Shown here: in pieces, positions 1 to 10,559 of the stretch
How the letters are laid out: every line of letters begins with the position of its first letter
Position numbering within the stretch: the stretch's first letter is position 1
Assembly (NCBI GenBank): GCA_000091205.1
Contig: AP006495.2
Source of the DNA: Cyanidioschyzon merolae
Taxonomy: Eukaryota
DNA: 64,000 nt
Direction: 5' to 3' (one strand)
The notes under the pieces: model-generated
What the model was told of the DNA's origin: nothing
Database searches by the model: none
What the model saw: only the letters and a program-made list of their open reading frames with translations
Made by a program: the position numbers and the translations under genes

Positions 1-1418
1 CCGGAGAGCGAATCAAGTGACGCGCAAGGGAAATGGGGGGAAACCCACTCTGTCCGCGGGAGTAGACACTCAGCGGTACCGTTGCACCGTACTGTGTGAT
101 CTTCCAGCGGACGCCCACAGAGACGTCACAAGTGTCGGCTCCGTGTGCGTCGCTGGCCCAAGACAGAGTGTTCAAAAGCAGAAGCGTCTCGACGACCTGA
201 ACTCGTCGACAGCCTCCTAGCGTGGTGTCCAGCGCACCAAGAACACCTAAGCGTTTACCGCCAGTTGGCGCCAAATGGAAGGCGCCAGCCGCGTGACGCC
301 CGCTCTCCGAGCGCGTGGTCGACGTGACGCGTCCAGCGCCTTGAGCTGGTACTTTTGGTTAGACGGAACCCACGAAATCGTTCACTTCACTCCGTATCAT
401 TTTAGGGAACCTGGTATTCGAGCACACGAAAAGTGCGAGAGCATCGATAGGGGTTAGCAGAGGGAATACGCCCGCGGCAGGTGGTTCTGCTCAAACCAAG
501 ATATCGATGCATGCCCCTGGGTCGACATTTCACGATGAGCATCTACCCTGATAGCCGGAGCACCGACGTGGCATTCGAGTATCGTCCGGTCGATGCACGG
601 TGTCACCAGGAGTGCTGGTATATCACCAAAATCCGGACAAGCGATGCATGCAAGCTGGGAGCCTCGTCTGGGTTTCTTTCTTGTGGAAACTCAATGCTTC
701 TCGCCGAAATTCTCTGGATGCGTGATAGCTGGAGGTAACCAGGCAAGGTGCTGCCTTTCGCCTCCAACTCTTGCATGCTCGACCGGTTCAAGACCGGCGT
801 TCGCCCAGCAATTCAGGGTACGTGGTTAAGCGGGAATCGTTTGCGGGATCATTTACACTTCAGTTTCATGCACAGAGAGGCACTGCGGGGCGGCCTGGGC
901 CTTGTCTGGCGACCGCGGCGACGCATCGTGCATCGCTGCTGCAGAACTCTCGTTCGACGGTGAACATGTTTCTGAGTCCATGGAGCCGCAATCCCTCCTA
1001 GAAGAATGGAGGACTCATCCTCGTTGAAAAGCAGCGCTCGCGCACCCCCGCGGCCTCCAAGCACGATTTCCAGCTCCGATTCCAGGCAAGCGTCCAGTAT
1101 TGCAGCAGGGATCCTCTACAGGCTGGGCATGAGGCGTGCCTACGAGTTCCCGATTCATTCTCTTGTTGGAGACGTTCTTGAAAGGGATCGAGCGACGGGC
1201 ACCTGCAGAGGAACTGCGTTCTATCCCGTGATTATCCCGAGCACTCGTCCGTTCAAACGAGTCGGGTAGGATGCATCGATCTCCATCGATAGAAAACATC
1301 GCTTCGGTTGCGAAGCGATCGACGAGCGCGTCGCTTGCGGACCTCGACTGCCATCTTGACTCCTGAGCAGCAACTCTATCCGAGACGACTTCGACGACGA
1401 GCGCTCGTTCGAGTTTTT

Positions 1419-2132
1419 ATGACAGGAAAGGCAGCTTGGCCAGTTTTGCTTTACGTGCCGAACTTGATTGGGTATGCGCGCATAGGGCTAGCTTTGGTCG
1501 CCTTCTGGAACGTACCGCACCCGGCAACGTTCCTGACGTTCTATACCACCGGGTTTCTGCTTGACGCTGCTGACGGCTACGCAGCACGCCTGCTCGGGCA
1601 GTCGTCGGCGTTTGGTGCTGTGCTTGACATGCTGACGGATCGATTCTCTACCGCTGGGTTGCTTCTTCTGATTGCTCTACAGGATCTAGCGAACGCTGGT
1701 TTGACATGCAACACGGTGACGTGCGCTCTGACAACGTGTTTTCGGGTTACTGTATGCGTTGCCCTGCTTATTTTGGATGCAGTGAGCCACTTTTGGCAAG
1801 TGTGTGCCGCAACCCTAGCCCGTGCGACCAGTCACAAAGCCGCAGGTCCCGGACGCCTGGTGAAGCTATATTATCGCCGAAGTGTGTTGACAACGGTATG
1901 CCTTTTTAGTGAGGTGTTTTTGTTGCTGCATTTCACGCGTGTTGCTGGTTGGTCCGCCAGGGTCGAAACTGCCAGTCATATGGAGCTGCTATGGATTGCC
2001 GCATACTACGGTTGCGCTATAGTATATGTGCTCAAACAGTTTATATCTTTGGCCCAGATCTGGAACGCCGCGGCGCTTCTCGAGCTCTCATGTTCTGGAT
2101 GCGGACACGTATCCGACGCAAAACGCCCTTAG
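1419..2132 (+). CDS. CDP-diacylglycerol--inositol 3-phosphatidyltransferase (phosphatidylinositol synthase), CDP-alcohol phosphatidyltransferase family
   Basis: The ORF 1308..2132 contains the CDP-alcohol phosphatidyltransferase signature D-G-x2-A-R-x8-G-x3-D-x3-D (DAADGYAARLLGQSSAFGAVLDMLTDR). The N-terminal stretch VLLYVPNLIGYARI resembles the start of plant/yeast PIS. The start was set to the internal Met (MTGKAAW...) at 1419 to give the typical ~235 aa length; the upstream in-frame 37 aa are Arg-rich and probably not coding. Confidence 0.72.
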   Translation: MTGKAAWPVLLYVPNLIGYARIGLALVAFWNVPHPATFLTFYTTGFLLDAADGYAARLLGQSSAFGAVLDMLTDRFSTAGLLLLIALQDLANAGLTCNTVTCALTTCFRVTVCVALLILDAVSHFWQVCAATLARATSHKAAGPGRLVKLYYRRSVLTTVCLFSEVFLLLHFTRVAGWSARVETASHMELLWIAAYYGCAIVYVLKQFISLAQIWNAAALLELSCSGCGHVSDAKRP

Positions 2133-2243
2133 CCATGAACTGCTCATCTGCGTACGAGTTTTGCTGACCGCGCAGTGCTGCTAGCGCGGGGCAGTGTATC
2201 CGGAGAACGTCACCGCTGAGCACTGAAACGACGACCTGGATAT

Positions 2244-2263
2244 TGTGTGTGTGTGTGTGTGTG
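2244..2263. repeat. (TG)10 microsatellite
   Basis: Direct reading: tgtgtgtgtgtgtgtgtgtg. Confidence 0.95.
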
Positions 2264-3645
2264 GATCCAATGCTCTGTGGACGGGCGTTCAACGAACATG
2301 CGAGTGCATCTCGTTGCGTGGAACGACGACCCTGGACCCAGAGAGGGATGGCAAGAATCACCTCTGCCGACTCGTGCATCCATTGAGACGTTATCCGGGG
2401 CCATGCGGTTTGCGTGAACGATTTGCTGGCGCCTTGCGATGTTCCGTAGTTTTTCATATAGAATAGGATCGTCTTTCCACAAGCATGCGCTTGCCGACCC
2501 CACTGCGTGACTCCAGATCATGCTGCTTGGATGAGCGCTTTACTTGCGCCTTTGCAACATTCCACAGTCCTTCGTACAGAACAGTATAACCCTGCCACAT
2601 GTATACATTGCGTATCCCAATACCCGCTCTGTTGCCTAACGTCGCTGGTGCGCCTACATGACGCGTCGTGTATGTATGTGTGTGTATGATTCCATGGCGA
2701 AATGCCTAGCGCGGACGCTCGGTGCCATTCGCATCGCTGCATTGGGAACTGGTTTACCGCGAAACACATTCTGTTTCAGACACAGGTTACCAGAGCGCGT
2801 GCCATAGCGCAGCCTCGAACAGTTCATAAATTTCGCTCTCTGAGGTCCCTCTTGCATACGATTCTACCCCGAACATCCAAGAGGTGTTTCATGCACGCAC
2901 AGGCCGAGTGAAGCCGCTGTGCGATGCTTGCCACATGCAGCGACCATCGAATATGGAAAGAAAGGTATCATCCGCTGTGTAAGGTAGATTGTCCAGTAGA
3001 ATCCGGTCGATGCGATGATGTTTGCGATGGATCCAAAGGCAATAAGGTCGAGAAGAGGCCGACACCGCTCAACTACTCTCCACAATGAAAGCGATGCTAT
3101 GCAGAGTGGCATCATCGCCTAGATGATCCACGATGCGCTTTTCAGAGCACCTGGCACTCCCGTATCCGCGTCATCGAAAGCGGAGCATTGCGCACAGGAC
3201 GCAAGGTGTCTGTCTCGGTACGTCATGATATTCACACATACCCAGGGGAATACGATTGGACTCCTCTGTCTTTGGTCACTGAAAATTTTACGCAGCGACT
3301 CCGTCCAGGGGCCCTCGTTCCATGCGCAAACGAGGCCTCATCGAGCACATCATCTGTGACCGAGTCGCGAAATAACAGCGAGTCCGATGCTCGCAACGCG
3401 GTACACAGGCGACGAGCCGTCCAGGGCTGAGCGCTCCCCTGCTCGGAGACCTCGGCGCTGGACCCCGACTGTCGCCACTGACTCTCTTCGTCCGCGTCTT
3501 TGTGACTTTCGTGCAGCCCGCGAAGCCCCTGACTGTGGTGCAGCAACGCGCTCACGTCGCCAGCAGTGATTGCATCACACGGATGCACATTGTCCACAGG
3601 GAATCACTGGAGCTTCAAGGAACTGCGCAATGAAAACATTAGGCT

Positions 3646-4515
3646 TTAGTCTTTTGCTTTTGATACCGGCCAGTAGGTTCGGCGATAGAAGCGCAGGAAA
3701 AGCAGCAGGTACGATGCATTGCAGAACGTGCTGATCGCCAAGGCAGGCATACCCATGCAACGTTGCGGATTTCTCCAGTACAAGTAGAGATATGGGATCG
3801 TCAACGCGAAACTAGTGATGAATTGCACGATTTGCAGAAGCGTTATCCATCGCTTCCATGGAAACCGCCATTGCATGGACGCATACGCAAAGTACATGTA
3901 CATGATTGTATGGATGGCGGTATTAAACAGCATTCCATAGATTGAAAAATTGAGGCCGTAACGCAACCAGCTCCAAGTTTCGAATACCACCGATGCATGA
4001 TGCCAAACATGTAGCACCGTCAACGGTTTCCCGCGTGCCGCAAGCAGAAACGTATCGAAAAACTCCACCGGTTTCGACAAGTAAAACATGTACAGCCAGT
4101 AGTAGATGTTTCTGGGAAAATTATCGAACGACGAAGAACAGAAGGTGCGCTCTATGCTACCGTCGCTGCGCGTAACCGCAACGACGGCGCTGGCGGCGCC
4201 GAGGAACATCACCCCCGACCAGGCCGAGAGCACCAGGTTGTGCAGAAACGCCAGCAGCCTCAGAGCCTGGTCTAGTGGACGCGACACATGAATGCGCCAA
4301 GCTAACCACAGTATAAACGTGGAAAGAAAATAGAAAAACCAGAAAATCAGCAGCCAGATCGGCGCAGAAAACGCGTGGCTCGTTGCGCTTGGTGATAGTG
4401 TCGACCAGTGCGTCCAGTGTATAGGTACCTTCATACTCCCCGGTCCAGTACGAAGCGTTTCCACTGCAAACTTAAACTGCTGGATAGAAGCCTCCAGGAT
4501 CATATTCAGGTTCAT
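3646..4515 (-). CDS. ELO-family fatty acid elongase (3-ketoacyl-CoA synthase, ELOVL-like)
   Basis: The ELO histidine box LHVWHHAS (HxxHH) sits in a multi-pass hydrophobic protein, followed by the conserved MYxYY-like stretch (NTAIHTIMYMYFAYAS). The start was set at Met77 of the ORF (MNLNMILEAS...) to give 289 aa, typical for ELO. The full ORF 3646..4743 has an Arg/Cys-rich unlikely N-terminal extension. Confidence 0.8.
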   Translation of the reverse strand: MNLNMILEASIQQFKFAVETLRTGPGSMKVPIHWTHWSTLSPSATSHAFSAPIWLLIFWFFYFLSTFILWLAWRIHVSRPLDQALRLLAFLHNLVLSAWSGVMFLGAASAVVAVTRSDGSIERTFCSSSFDNFPRNIYYWLYMFYLSKPVEFFDTFLLAARGKPLTVLHVWHHASVVFETWSWLRYGLNFSIYGMLFNTAIHTIMYMYFAYASMQWRFPWKRWITLLQIVQFITSFALTIPYLYLYWRNPQRCMGMPALAISTFCNASYLLLFLRFYRRTYWPVSKAKD

Positions 4516-4698
4516 GATTGACAGTCTAACGAGCGAGCGAGCGAGCGAGCGAGGAAGCCACACCTGCGCACATAGCCGCCGCCTGCTCCTGAACTGCAAC
4601 GAGGCGCCTGCGCTTTCGAACGAGCGAACGATGCGCTTGTCACTGGCAAACCGGTACGTTTCTGTCATTCTGCAAGCGCTGCACCTGCGACTTGGCCT
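4516..4698. promoter_or_regulatory. Putative bidirectional promoter between the divergent ELO-elongase (-) and TFIIF-alpha-like (+) genes; contains a (GAGC)n microsatellite
   Basis: Two confidently called genes start 183 bp apart on opposite strands. A (GAGC)~6 repeat lies at 4530-4553. No motif-level promoter evidence. Confidence 0.3.
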
Positions 4699-6855
4699 AT
4701 GAAACCAGATCCTCAAAAAGCCTCCATAAAGCCAGATATACACGCTGGGCGTTATATAGGTGAAGAAGACTTGAGCGATGACGACGACTTTGAGCCAGTG
4801 CTCGAGTCCGGGAGCAGGACGCAGGACGGGACGCCTTACCGAGAGTATACCCTGCGCGTGCTGCCCTGGGTAGACTGGGATAAGCTGTTCACGGATACGC
4901 AGTCTGAACCCAGCGACAGTCTAGAGCTCTCGGACTCTTCACAATCTGGAGATGAAGACGAGCTCGGCAACGATAGCGGCGAAACGGCCGCTAGGAATAC
5001 AAAGGAAGCAGCGGAAGCAGAGTTTGTACGTCGTGAGTATATTCTCGCGCGCTTTCCAAACACGGACGGTTGCACAACCGACAAGCGCGAACAAACAACC
5101 GGTCTTCGCTTTGACCCGAGCACAAAGCTCCCAGTACCGAAACGCGGAGCAGTGCCGCGCTATCAGCCCGGTGGCTTTGCGCGACTTTGCCGCGAGGGCG
5201 AGGAGACCTTGCGTGAACGACTAGAGGCGTTGGAAGAGGCTCAGCGCGTGGATGCACAGCTCAAGGTTGGCAAAGCGCCCTGGTACAAACAACGGCGGGA
5301 TCTGGAGGGTATCGCTCGAATTCCGGAGCGTTATCGGAAACGACTCATCTTGGAGGTCGAGGAAACCTCTGAGCCTGCTCAGGGTGCCTCCGCGTCGGAG
5401 CCGAGCGCTGCCCACATGAGTGACGCGAAGAACGCTGGACGCCCCGAGGCGACTCGTACAGTTCGCGATGATCCCAAGGCGCCCAGTACAAAAAGACGGA
5501 AGGTCTTCTATGGTACCATGGATAGTGCGCTTGGGTCTGATTACTGTCTGATGATTGTTCGAGATGATCGTACCATCGATCTGGTGCCTGTTGGACGCTA
5601 CGCTTGGCATAATTTCAAGTTTGCGCCTAAGTTATCCGATATGGCGAATGAGCGCATGCATCGACGTGACGCTCGGCAGGCAGTGGACGCAACACGTCCA
5701 TCAGAGATGACCGTGGATCGCAGGGGATCGTCGCCTGTAATTGCGGATACGGGGGAGCAGGCAATCACCGTGAGTACTGAGGATGATCCGCTCGTCCACG
5801 TGGAACAGAAACTGAGAGCGCGCGCAGCCTTGGCGGATACCATTCTGGAACGCCGTCGGCATCTCGTGAATAGTTCGTCGCACGCGGCTAGTCTCTGGTC
5901 TGGCACCCAGTGGCAGCGCCCGTTCGTGCGTCGGACCGATGAGGGTGTGCATCCTCCACATGATTCGGAACCCGCTGTCAGTCAAGGGCAGTTAGACCCA
6001 TCTCTGCTGCTGTCGCGAAGAGAGATTGATTCGAGTGATGAATCAAACGCTGAGGATCGTTCTGGAGAAGATGACGTTGATGTCGTACGCGAAAACGGTC
6101 GACACACACCTGAGCGCTATCCAAATGCATCCGCTGATGATGCGTCGGTACTCGCGGCAGCGTTTCGGTATCGGGGGGGCCAGACGCCGTCGTGCTCGCA
6201 CTCGAATGCATCCGGTAGTGGCACCGAGTCGCAAAGTTCGCTTGAGCGTCTCGAGCGCTATCAGGCTGAGGATCCTCTGCGGCAGGGCAGCTTCTCTGAC
6301 GCTGGCGACGATACGGACATGCAGTGGAGGCATCGCTCGGGTCTGTCTGAAAACGGCCGGATGCTGAAACGCCTGCTCGAGAGGGAGAAAACTGCGCAGC
6401 CGCCAGCTGGAGTCGGATTCCGCTCAGAGATACCGCTAACGCGACCGTCTTCGCAGGCACCGTCAGATGCCGGAGCTACGGGCACCAGCGGATACGATTC
6501 TGCGCCCCGCTTCCAGGAACACGAGTCTATCGCGGGATCGGCTGGAGCCAAGTATCCCGGGAAGCCAGTCTCTGCAGGTGAACAGCACGCTGTGCCTTCG
6601 CATTTACTGCCGGCGCCGGATGGAGTTATCGAAGAAATGCATATCAAAGCCGTGTTGCGGTATCTCGCGAGGCAAGGTTCCTACGTTACTGTGAAGGAGC
6701 TCCTTTCTTATTTTCAACCATGGTTTCCAGCGCAAAAGGAGCGTGTTGCTGCTCTGGTTCGAAAAATGTGCACCGCACGCGAGATCCCACCTGGATCAGG
6801 TCGCATCTGTGTGTTGCTCAAGGAGCAGGTGCTGCAGCATGCCCCGGCGTCATGA
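4699..6855 (+). CDS. Transcription initiation factor IIF alpha subunit-like (RAP74/Tfg1-like): N-terminal domain, acidic/Ser-rich centre, C-terminal winged helix
   Basis: The C-terminus MHIKAVLRYLARQGSYVTVKELLSYFQ...VAALVRKM matches the RAP74 winged-helix consensus (VRRYLTRKPMTTKDLLKKFQ...). The N-terminal YAWHNFKFAPKL resembles the RAP74 VHNWYNFTPLA motif. The long acidic/Ser-rich middle is typical. Assignment is by eye; similarity is moderate. Confidence 0.5.
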   Translation: MKPDPQKASIKPDIHAGRYIGEEDLSDDDDFEPVLESGSRTQDGTPYREYTLRVLPWVDWDKLFTDTQSEPSDSLELSDSSQSGDEDELGNDSGETAARNTKEAAEAEFVRREYILARFPNTDGCTTDKREQTTGLRFDPSTKLPVPKRGAVPRYQPGGFARLCREGEETLRERLEALEEAQRVDAQLKVGKAPWYKQRRDLEGIARIPERYRKRLILEVEETSEPAQGASASEPSAAHMSDAKNAGRPEATRTVRDDPKAPSTKRRKVFYGTMDSALGSDYCLMIVRDDRTIDLVPVGRYAWHNFKFAPKLSDMANERMHRRDARQAVDATRPSEMTVDRRGSSPVIADTGEQAITVSTEDDPLVHVEQKLRARAALADTILERRRHLVNSSSHAASLWSGTQWQRPFVRRTDEGVHPPHDSEPAVSQGQLDPSLLLSRREIDSSDESNAEDRSGEDDVDVVRENGRHTPERYPNASADDASVLAAAFRYRGGQTPSCSHSNASGSGTESQSSLERLERYQAEDPLRQGSFSDAGDDTDMQWRHRSGLSENGRMLKRLLEREKTAQPPAGVGFRSEIPLTRPSSQAPSDAGATGTSGYDSAPRFQEHESIAGSAGAKYPGKPVSAGEQHAVPSHLLPAPDGVIEEMHIKAVLRYLARQGSYVTVKELLSYFQPWFPAQKERVAALVRKMCTAREIPPGSGRICVLLKEQVLQHAPAS

Positions 6856-8284
6856 GCGCATAAGCGGTAGGTCGATGCCGGGCACATCCGGCACGCTGCA
6901 TCGCGGGTTGCATGCCCTTCGCATACCGCTCCAGGCTTGATCAGGGGCGATAACAGACGCTCCAGCGATGTATCCTTTGCGTGCTGCCTGATACGGAAAA
7001 CGACATCTTCAAGCAGCGCATGACGCTCAGACATGTTCTTGATTGAAGCTTTGACGAGAAGCGAAAACCTTTGGAACGATCCGCTTTCAATCCAAGGCCG
7101 TAAGGATATCCGATCTCGTACGATCCATACAGGCAAGGATCTGAATGGAGCGCATTTTCCGTTCGTTTATTTTCAACGGATCGCTCGAGGCGCTCCCGGG
7201 TCACGCAATGCGATGGTGTGTGCTGGCGCTGCTGCTGGGCGTTCGGCGTTGCTGTGCGTTTACGAGTTATCTGCGCCCCCACGGTGTGCATGTGATGAAC
7301 GCCCGAGACGAATGAGGCCGCCCACGCTGCTGCCGGGCTGCGTCAGCAAGCATCCCCAGTTTGGTACGATCAAGTGCCGGGACATCCATGCAGTCCTGCA
7401 TGTTACGCGTGCGGCCGTCTTATCGCCTGAGCTGGCGCACGTAAGCGCACTCGCAACGCAAGTAGCTCTGGGTAGCGTTCTGAGGCCTAGACGCAGCGTG
7501 CTCGAGATGTTGCACATCCGAATGCCGTTCGGGAGATGCGATACCGGCGCTGTGGACGGAACCCCGGTCCGCTATGGAGCATGCGGCAGCGACGGACATC
7601 GATACCTGCACTGGATAAAATATCCAGTATGTTCTCTGCATGCTTACCTGACGTGCATTGACTTCATCTCAGATACTTGTCTGCGCTGTGCATTGTCTGC
7701 TGTAAGCTACGACCTGGGTTTGTTCAACGCAGCGCAGGCATGCACGAACATACATGATGGTATTTGCATGTCGATTTTGCAAGGTTGCTTGACCTGCCAG
7801 CTCTGAACTCAACCGTAGCGCACTCCACGCTGCGAGATGCGTTTATGACCGCACCCTGTCCTTTGATCTGCCAAACGTTCCCAGACACGAAAAGCAACCC
7901 AGGCATGCTTCATCTCTCATGACTGTACGTCGATAGATGATGCACATACAATACTCGTATACACGGTGTCCGCTCAGGTGGAAGACGCTGCGGGTCTCTG
8001 CTCGTGGCGTTGCCGCAGCGGTCGGAGAGTGTCGATCGCGCGTTCCTGCATCCCCGCCGGCGCTACTTGATACACGATGTACACTGACAGAATGCGCTGA
8101 TATCAAGAGCGCAATCGGGGGTGCCTGTTCAGTGTGTAAAGGTTGTATAAAAAACGCGATGTGCGCTGTCGACTGGAGAGAACGTTGCGTGCGATTGTAA
8201 CTACAGCGCAGCATTCTCGACATTCACTACGTTCAAAAAAAGACAGAAAAAAAGCACTTGCTTTTTGCAACGGTCCCGAAAGAA

Positions 8285-8925
8285 CACAAACGAACCAGCA
8301 ACCAGCGACTCGATACCAATTTCGTTCCAGCTTCACGGTGAACATTGAACGGGGGCAAACGTCTCCGTATTTTCGAACGTTGATCCGCATGATGGAAGGT
8401 CGCACGACCCCGACGTGTCCGGCGGGCTCGTGCCTCACGCCTCCCTCAGTTACCGGGTGATGTGGCGACACCCGAGCGACTCATCTGCAACGATGTTTTT
8501 GTTTTTAGATGAGAAAGCGGTAGGCTGCATGCTAGGCGTTGCCCTGGTTGCAGTACGCTCCTGGCAGATCGCTTCGCGCTACCGCAAGCAGTGCGTCTCT
8601 CTCCGCAGCTTGCTGGCTCCCAGTATCATAAAGAGTCCCGATTCCGTATTGAATAAAAGACACTTCGAGCCAACGTCCTCAGTCGTATGCCAATCCCGTT
8701 CTATGCTCGTGCTGCACCCGCACCAGCTGTATAGGGGTTATTCAGGGGACAGCAAGGCAGGTACTCGCTGCGCGATAGAACGCACGAAACGACCAGTACA
8801 ACCTATATCACATATAGGTTATGGAACTTGAGCGTATGGCACAGCATGATGGACAATTCCATGAACCCTACTATCCATCCCGTGTCTGGGTTCCGTGGTC
8901 AATGGAAACATTTCGTCAAACATGA
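8285..8925. repeat. Dispersed ~640-bp repeat family B, copy 1
   Basis: Near-identical (>95%) to 49717..50360 and shows diverged similarity to 17990..18130. Conserved spurious ORFs (MSPHHPVTEGGVRHE...) appear in both copies. No recognisable coding domain, terminal inverted repeats or target-site duplication. Confidence 0.8.
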
Positions 8926-9131
8926 GAGAAAAAGCCGGTAGGCCTCAGCGTGCCACCAAGTCCCGTTTTTGAAATCCCTCATCGGGCGATCGCGCCAAAT
9001 CGATCGTACGTTGCGCGTTGGTGCGCTCTTGCGCTGTGCTGCGGCACGCTGCAGTACGCACGCTCTGGTGAACTGCTCTGTCGTGCTCGATATCGCAACG
9101 ATTGTGTTGACGGCACAACAAAGGTCTCTGA

Positions 9132-10139
9132 ATGGTGCATACAGGAGTATGCGCTTCAGGTGAACATATTCTGCAGAAGCAGGTAGCTTGTTTGGAAGCT
9201 ACCTGTGAGACGCTACGAGAGCATAGTCAACGGGAGTATGCAGCGCTCGAGAAGAGCGTGGCACAGGCGTTCACGGCGCTACAACGCGAGAATGCTGAGC
9301 TGGAGCTGATAGCGTCCCAATGGCGACGATGTTGTGCGGAGCAGCAGTGGGCTGGTATTGTTGCCCACCAGGAGTTGGTGAAAGAGCGTGCGCGGGTGCG
9401 CGAACTGGAGGAAAAAATTGAGTTGATGGACTTGCTGTACGCGGAGGAACAGCGTCGCTGGCAGCAGGCGCTTGCATCCATGGAGGCGGAACTGGTGCTT
9501 TTACGCAGTGTCAGCGTCCCCGGGCCGCTGGACACGAATCCGGACTTGCAACCGGCGCTGATGGAAGTACCCGCGATGAAGAGCATGACGTGTCCGCAAA
9601 TCGTGGAACCGAGCGTGGTGCCAGCCACCGAGAATGACGCAGACGATGCAATAGAGTCGCGTGAAAATACGGCCGAAGTACCGGAACGGCGAAGCAGTGC
9701 AAAATCCAACAAGTCTCGTACGGCGAAACGAAATCAAAGCCGAGGCAAGCGTTTGGTGCCATCACATCGTACCGAGCCTCGTCGCAAATCCGAAACTGCA
9801 CCCAAGCCGAGCAAACGGGAATCAGAACAGAGGGACGCGCAAACCCCAGTCGTGTGCTCGACGACTGCAAAGCGCCGCCGCCGCGTCTCTTTTTCAAGCC
9901 CAGCTGACCCCGTCTCTGTGCTGGAGGGTTCCAGCCTCTATGAAGGCCCCGGTCGAGATTGCGTTCATCCGCAGGAACCTGGACCAGCCGAACGCATCGT
10001 ACCTGATCGGCGTCAAAAAGCAGTGGACCTCCATTTCCAGAAAGCCCAACAAGGCAGGCGCAAGCTCTTCAGTTTTATCACGCAGCAGCGCCTTGTCATC
10101 GCCAAGCCGCGACCTGTACCAACGCTCACCCAGCTCTGA
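9132..10139 (+). CDS. Hypothetical coiled-coil protein with a basic (Lys/Arg/Ser-rich) C-terminus
   Basis: A 335-aa ORF carries a heptad-like Leu/Glu-rich segment (…LQRENAELELIASQ…VRELEEKIELMDLL…) followed by an RK-rich tail. No family was recognised. Overlapping antisense ORFs are probably GC-driven artefacts. Confidence 0.3.
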   Translation: MVHTGVCASGEHILQKQVACLEATCETLREHSQREYAALEKSVAQAFTALQRENAELELIASQWRRCCAEQQWAGIVAHQELVKERARVRELEEKIELMDLLYAEEQRRWQQALASMEAELVLLRSVSVPGPLDTNPDLQPALMEVPAMKSMTCPQIVEPSVVPATENDADDAIESRENTAEVPERRSSAKSNKSRTAKRNQSRGKRLVPSHRTEPRRKSETAPKPSKRESEQRDAQTPVVCSTTAKRRRRVSFSSPADPVSVLEGSSLYEGPGRDCVHPQEPGPAERIVPDRRQKAVDLHFQKAQQGRRKLFSFITQQRLVIAKPRPVPTLTQL

Positions 10140-10559
10140 GCGTGGTCGGGTGCCAGAGGCAGCAGCCTACGTGCGCTATCCGCACGAGATGCGAACGCTC
10201 GACTCAAGGCCCTTTTACAATGTCTCAGCATCAATACCCGCTGTACCTGGTGGCGCAGCGTCGCTGGTAGCCGCCCATCAACGCGTAAAGCATAGAACGG
10301 TGAACGAGCCTGCCGTGCCGCGCTCCATTCAACCCGATAACATATCCAATAATGACTACCGCGAAGCTTCCGCAAGCATGCACGATCCCTGTTTTGCATA
10401 GATGCTAGCGCGTTGGTCCAATTGCGAGGAACTGTGACGTGCAGCTGCCTTGCAGACGCACATGCCCGAACACCCCACTCCGGTAGCATCCATTTCGCTT
10501 CCATGTACCGCTCGCAGGGTGATTCGTCTGCGCGAAAGCATGCCATGCCGTTCGAGCGC

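Noticed and set aside
3646-4743. Using the full 365-aa ORF for the ELO elongase, and likewise the full ORFs 1308.., 31087.., 46014.., 48492..49322, 50125.. and 61446..
   Set aside because: The upstream in-frame extensions are Arg/Cys-rich, lack similarity to the respective families, and exceed typical protein lengths. Internal Met codons that restore canonical N-termini were preferred.
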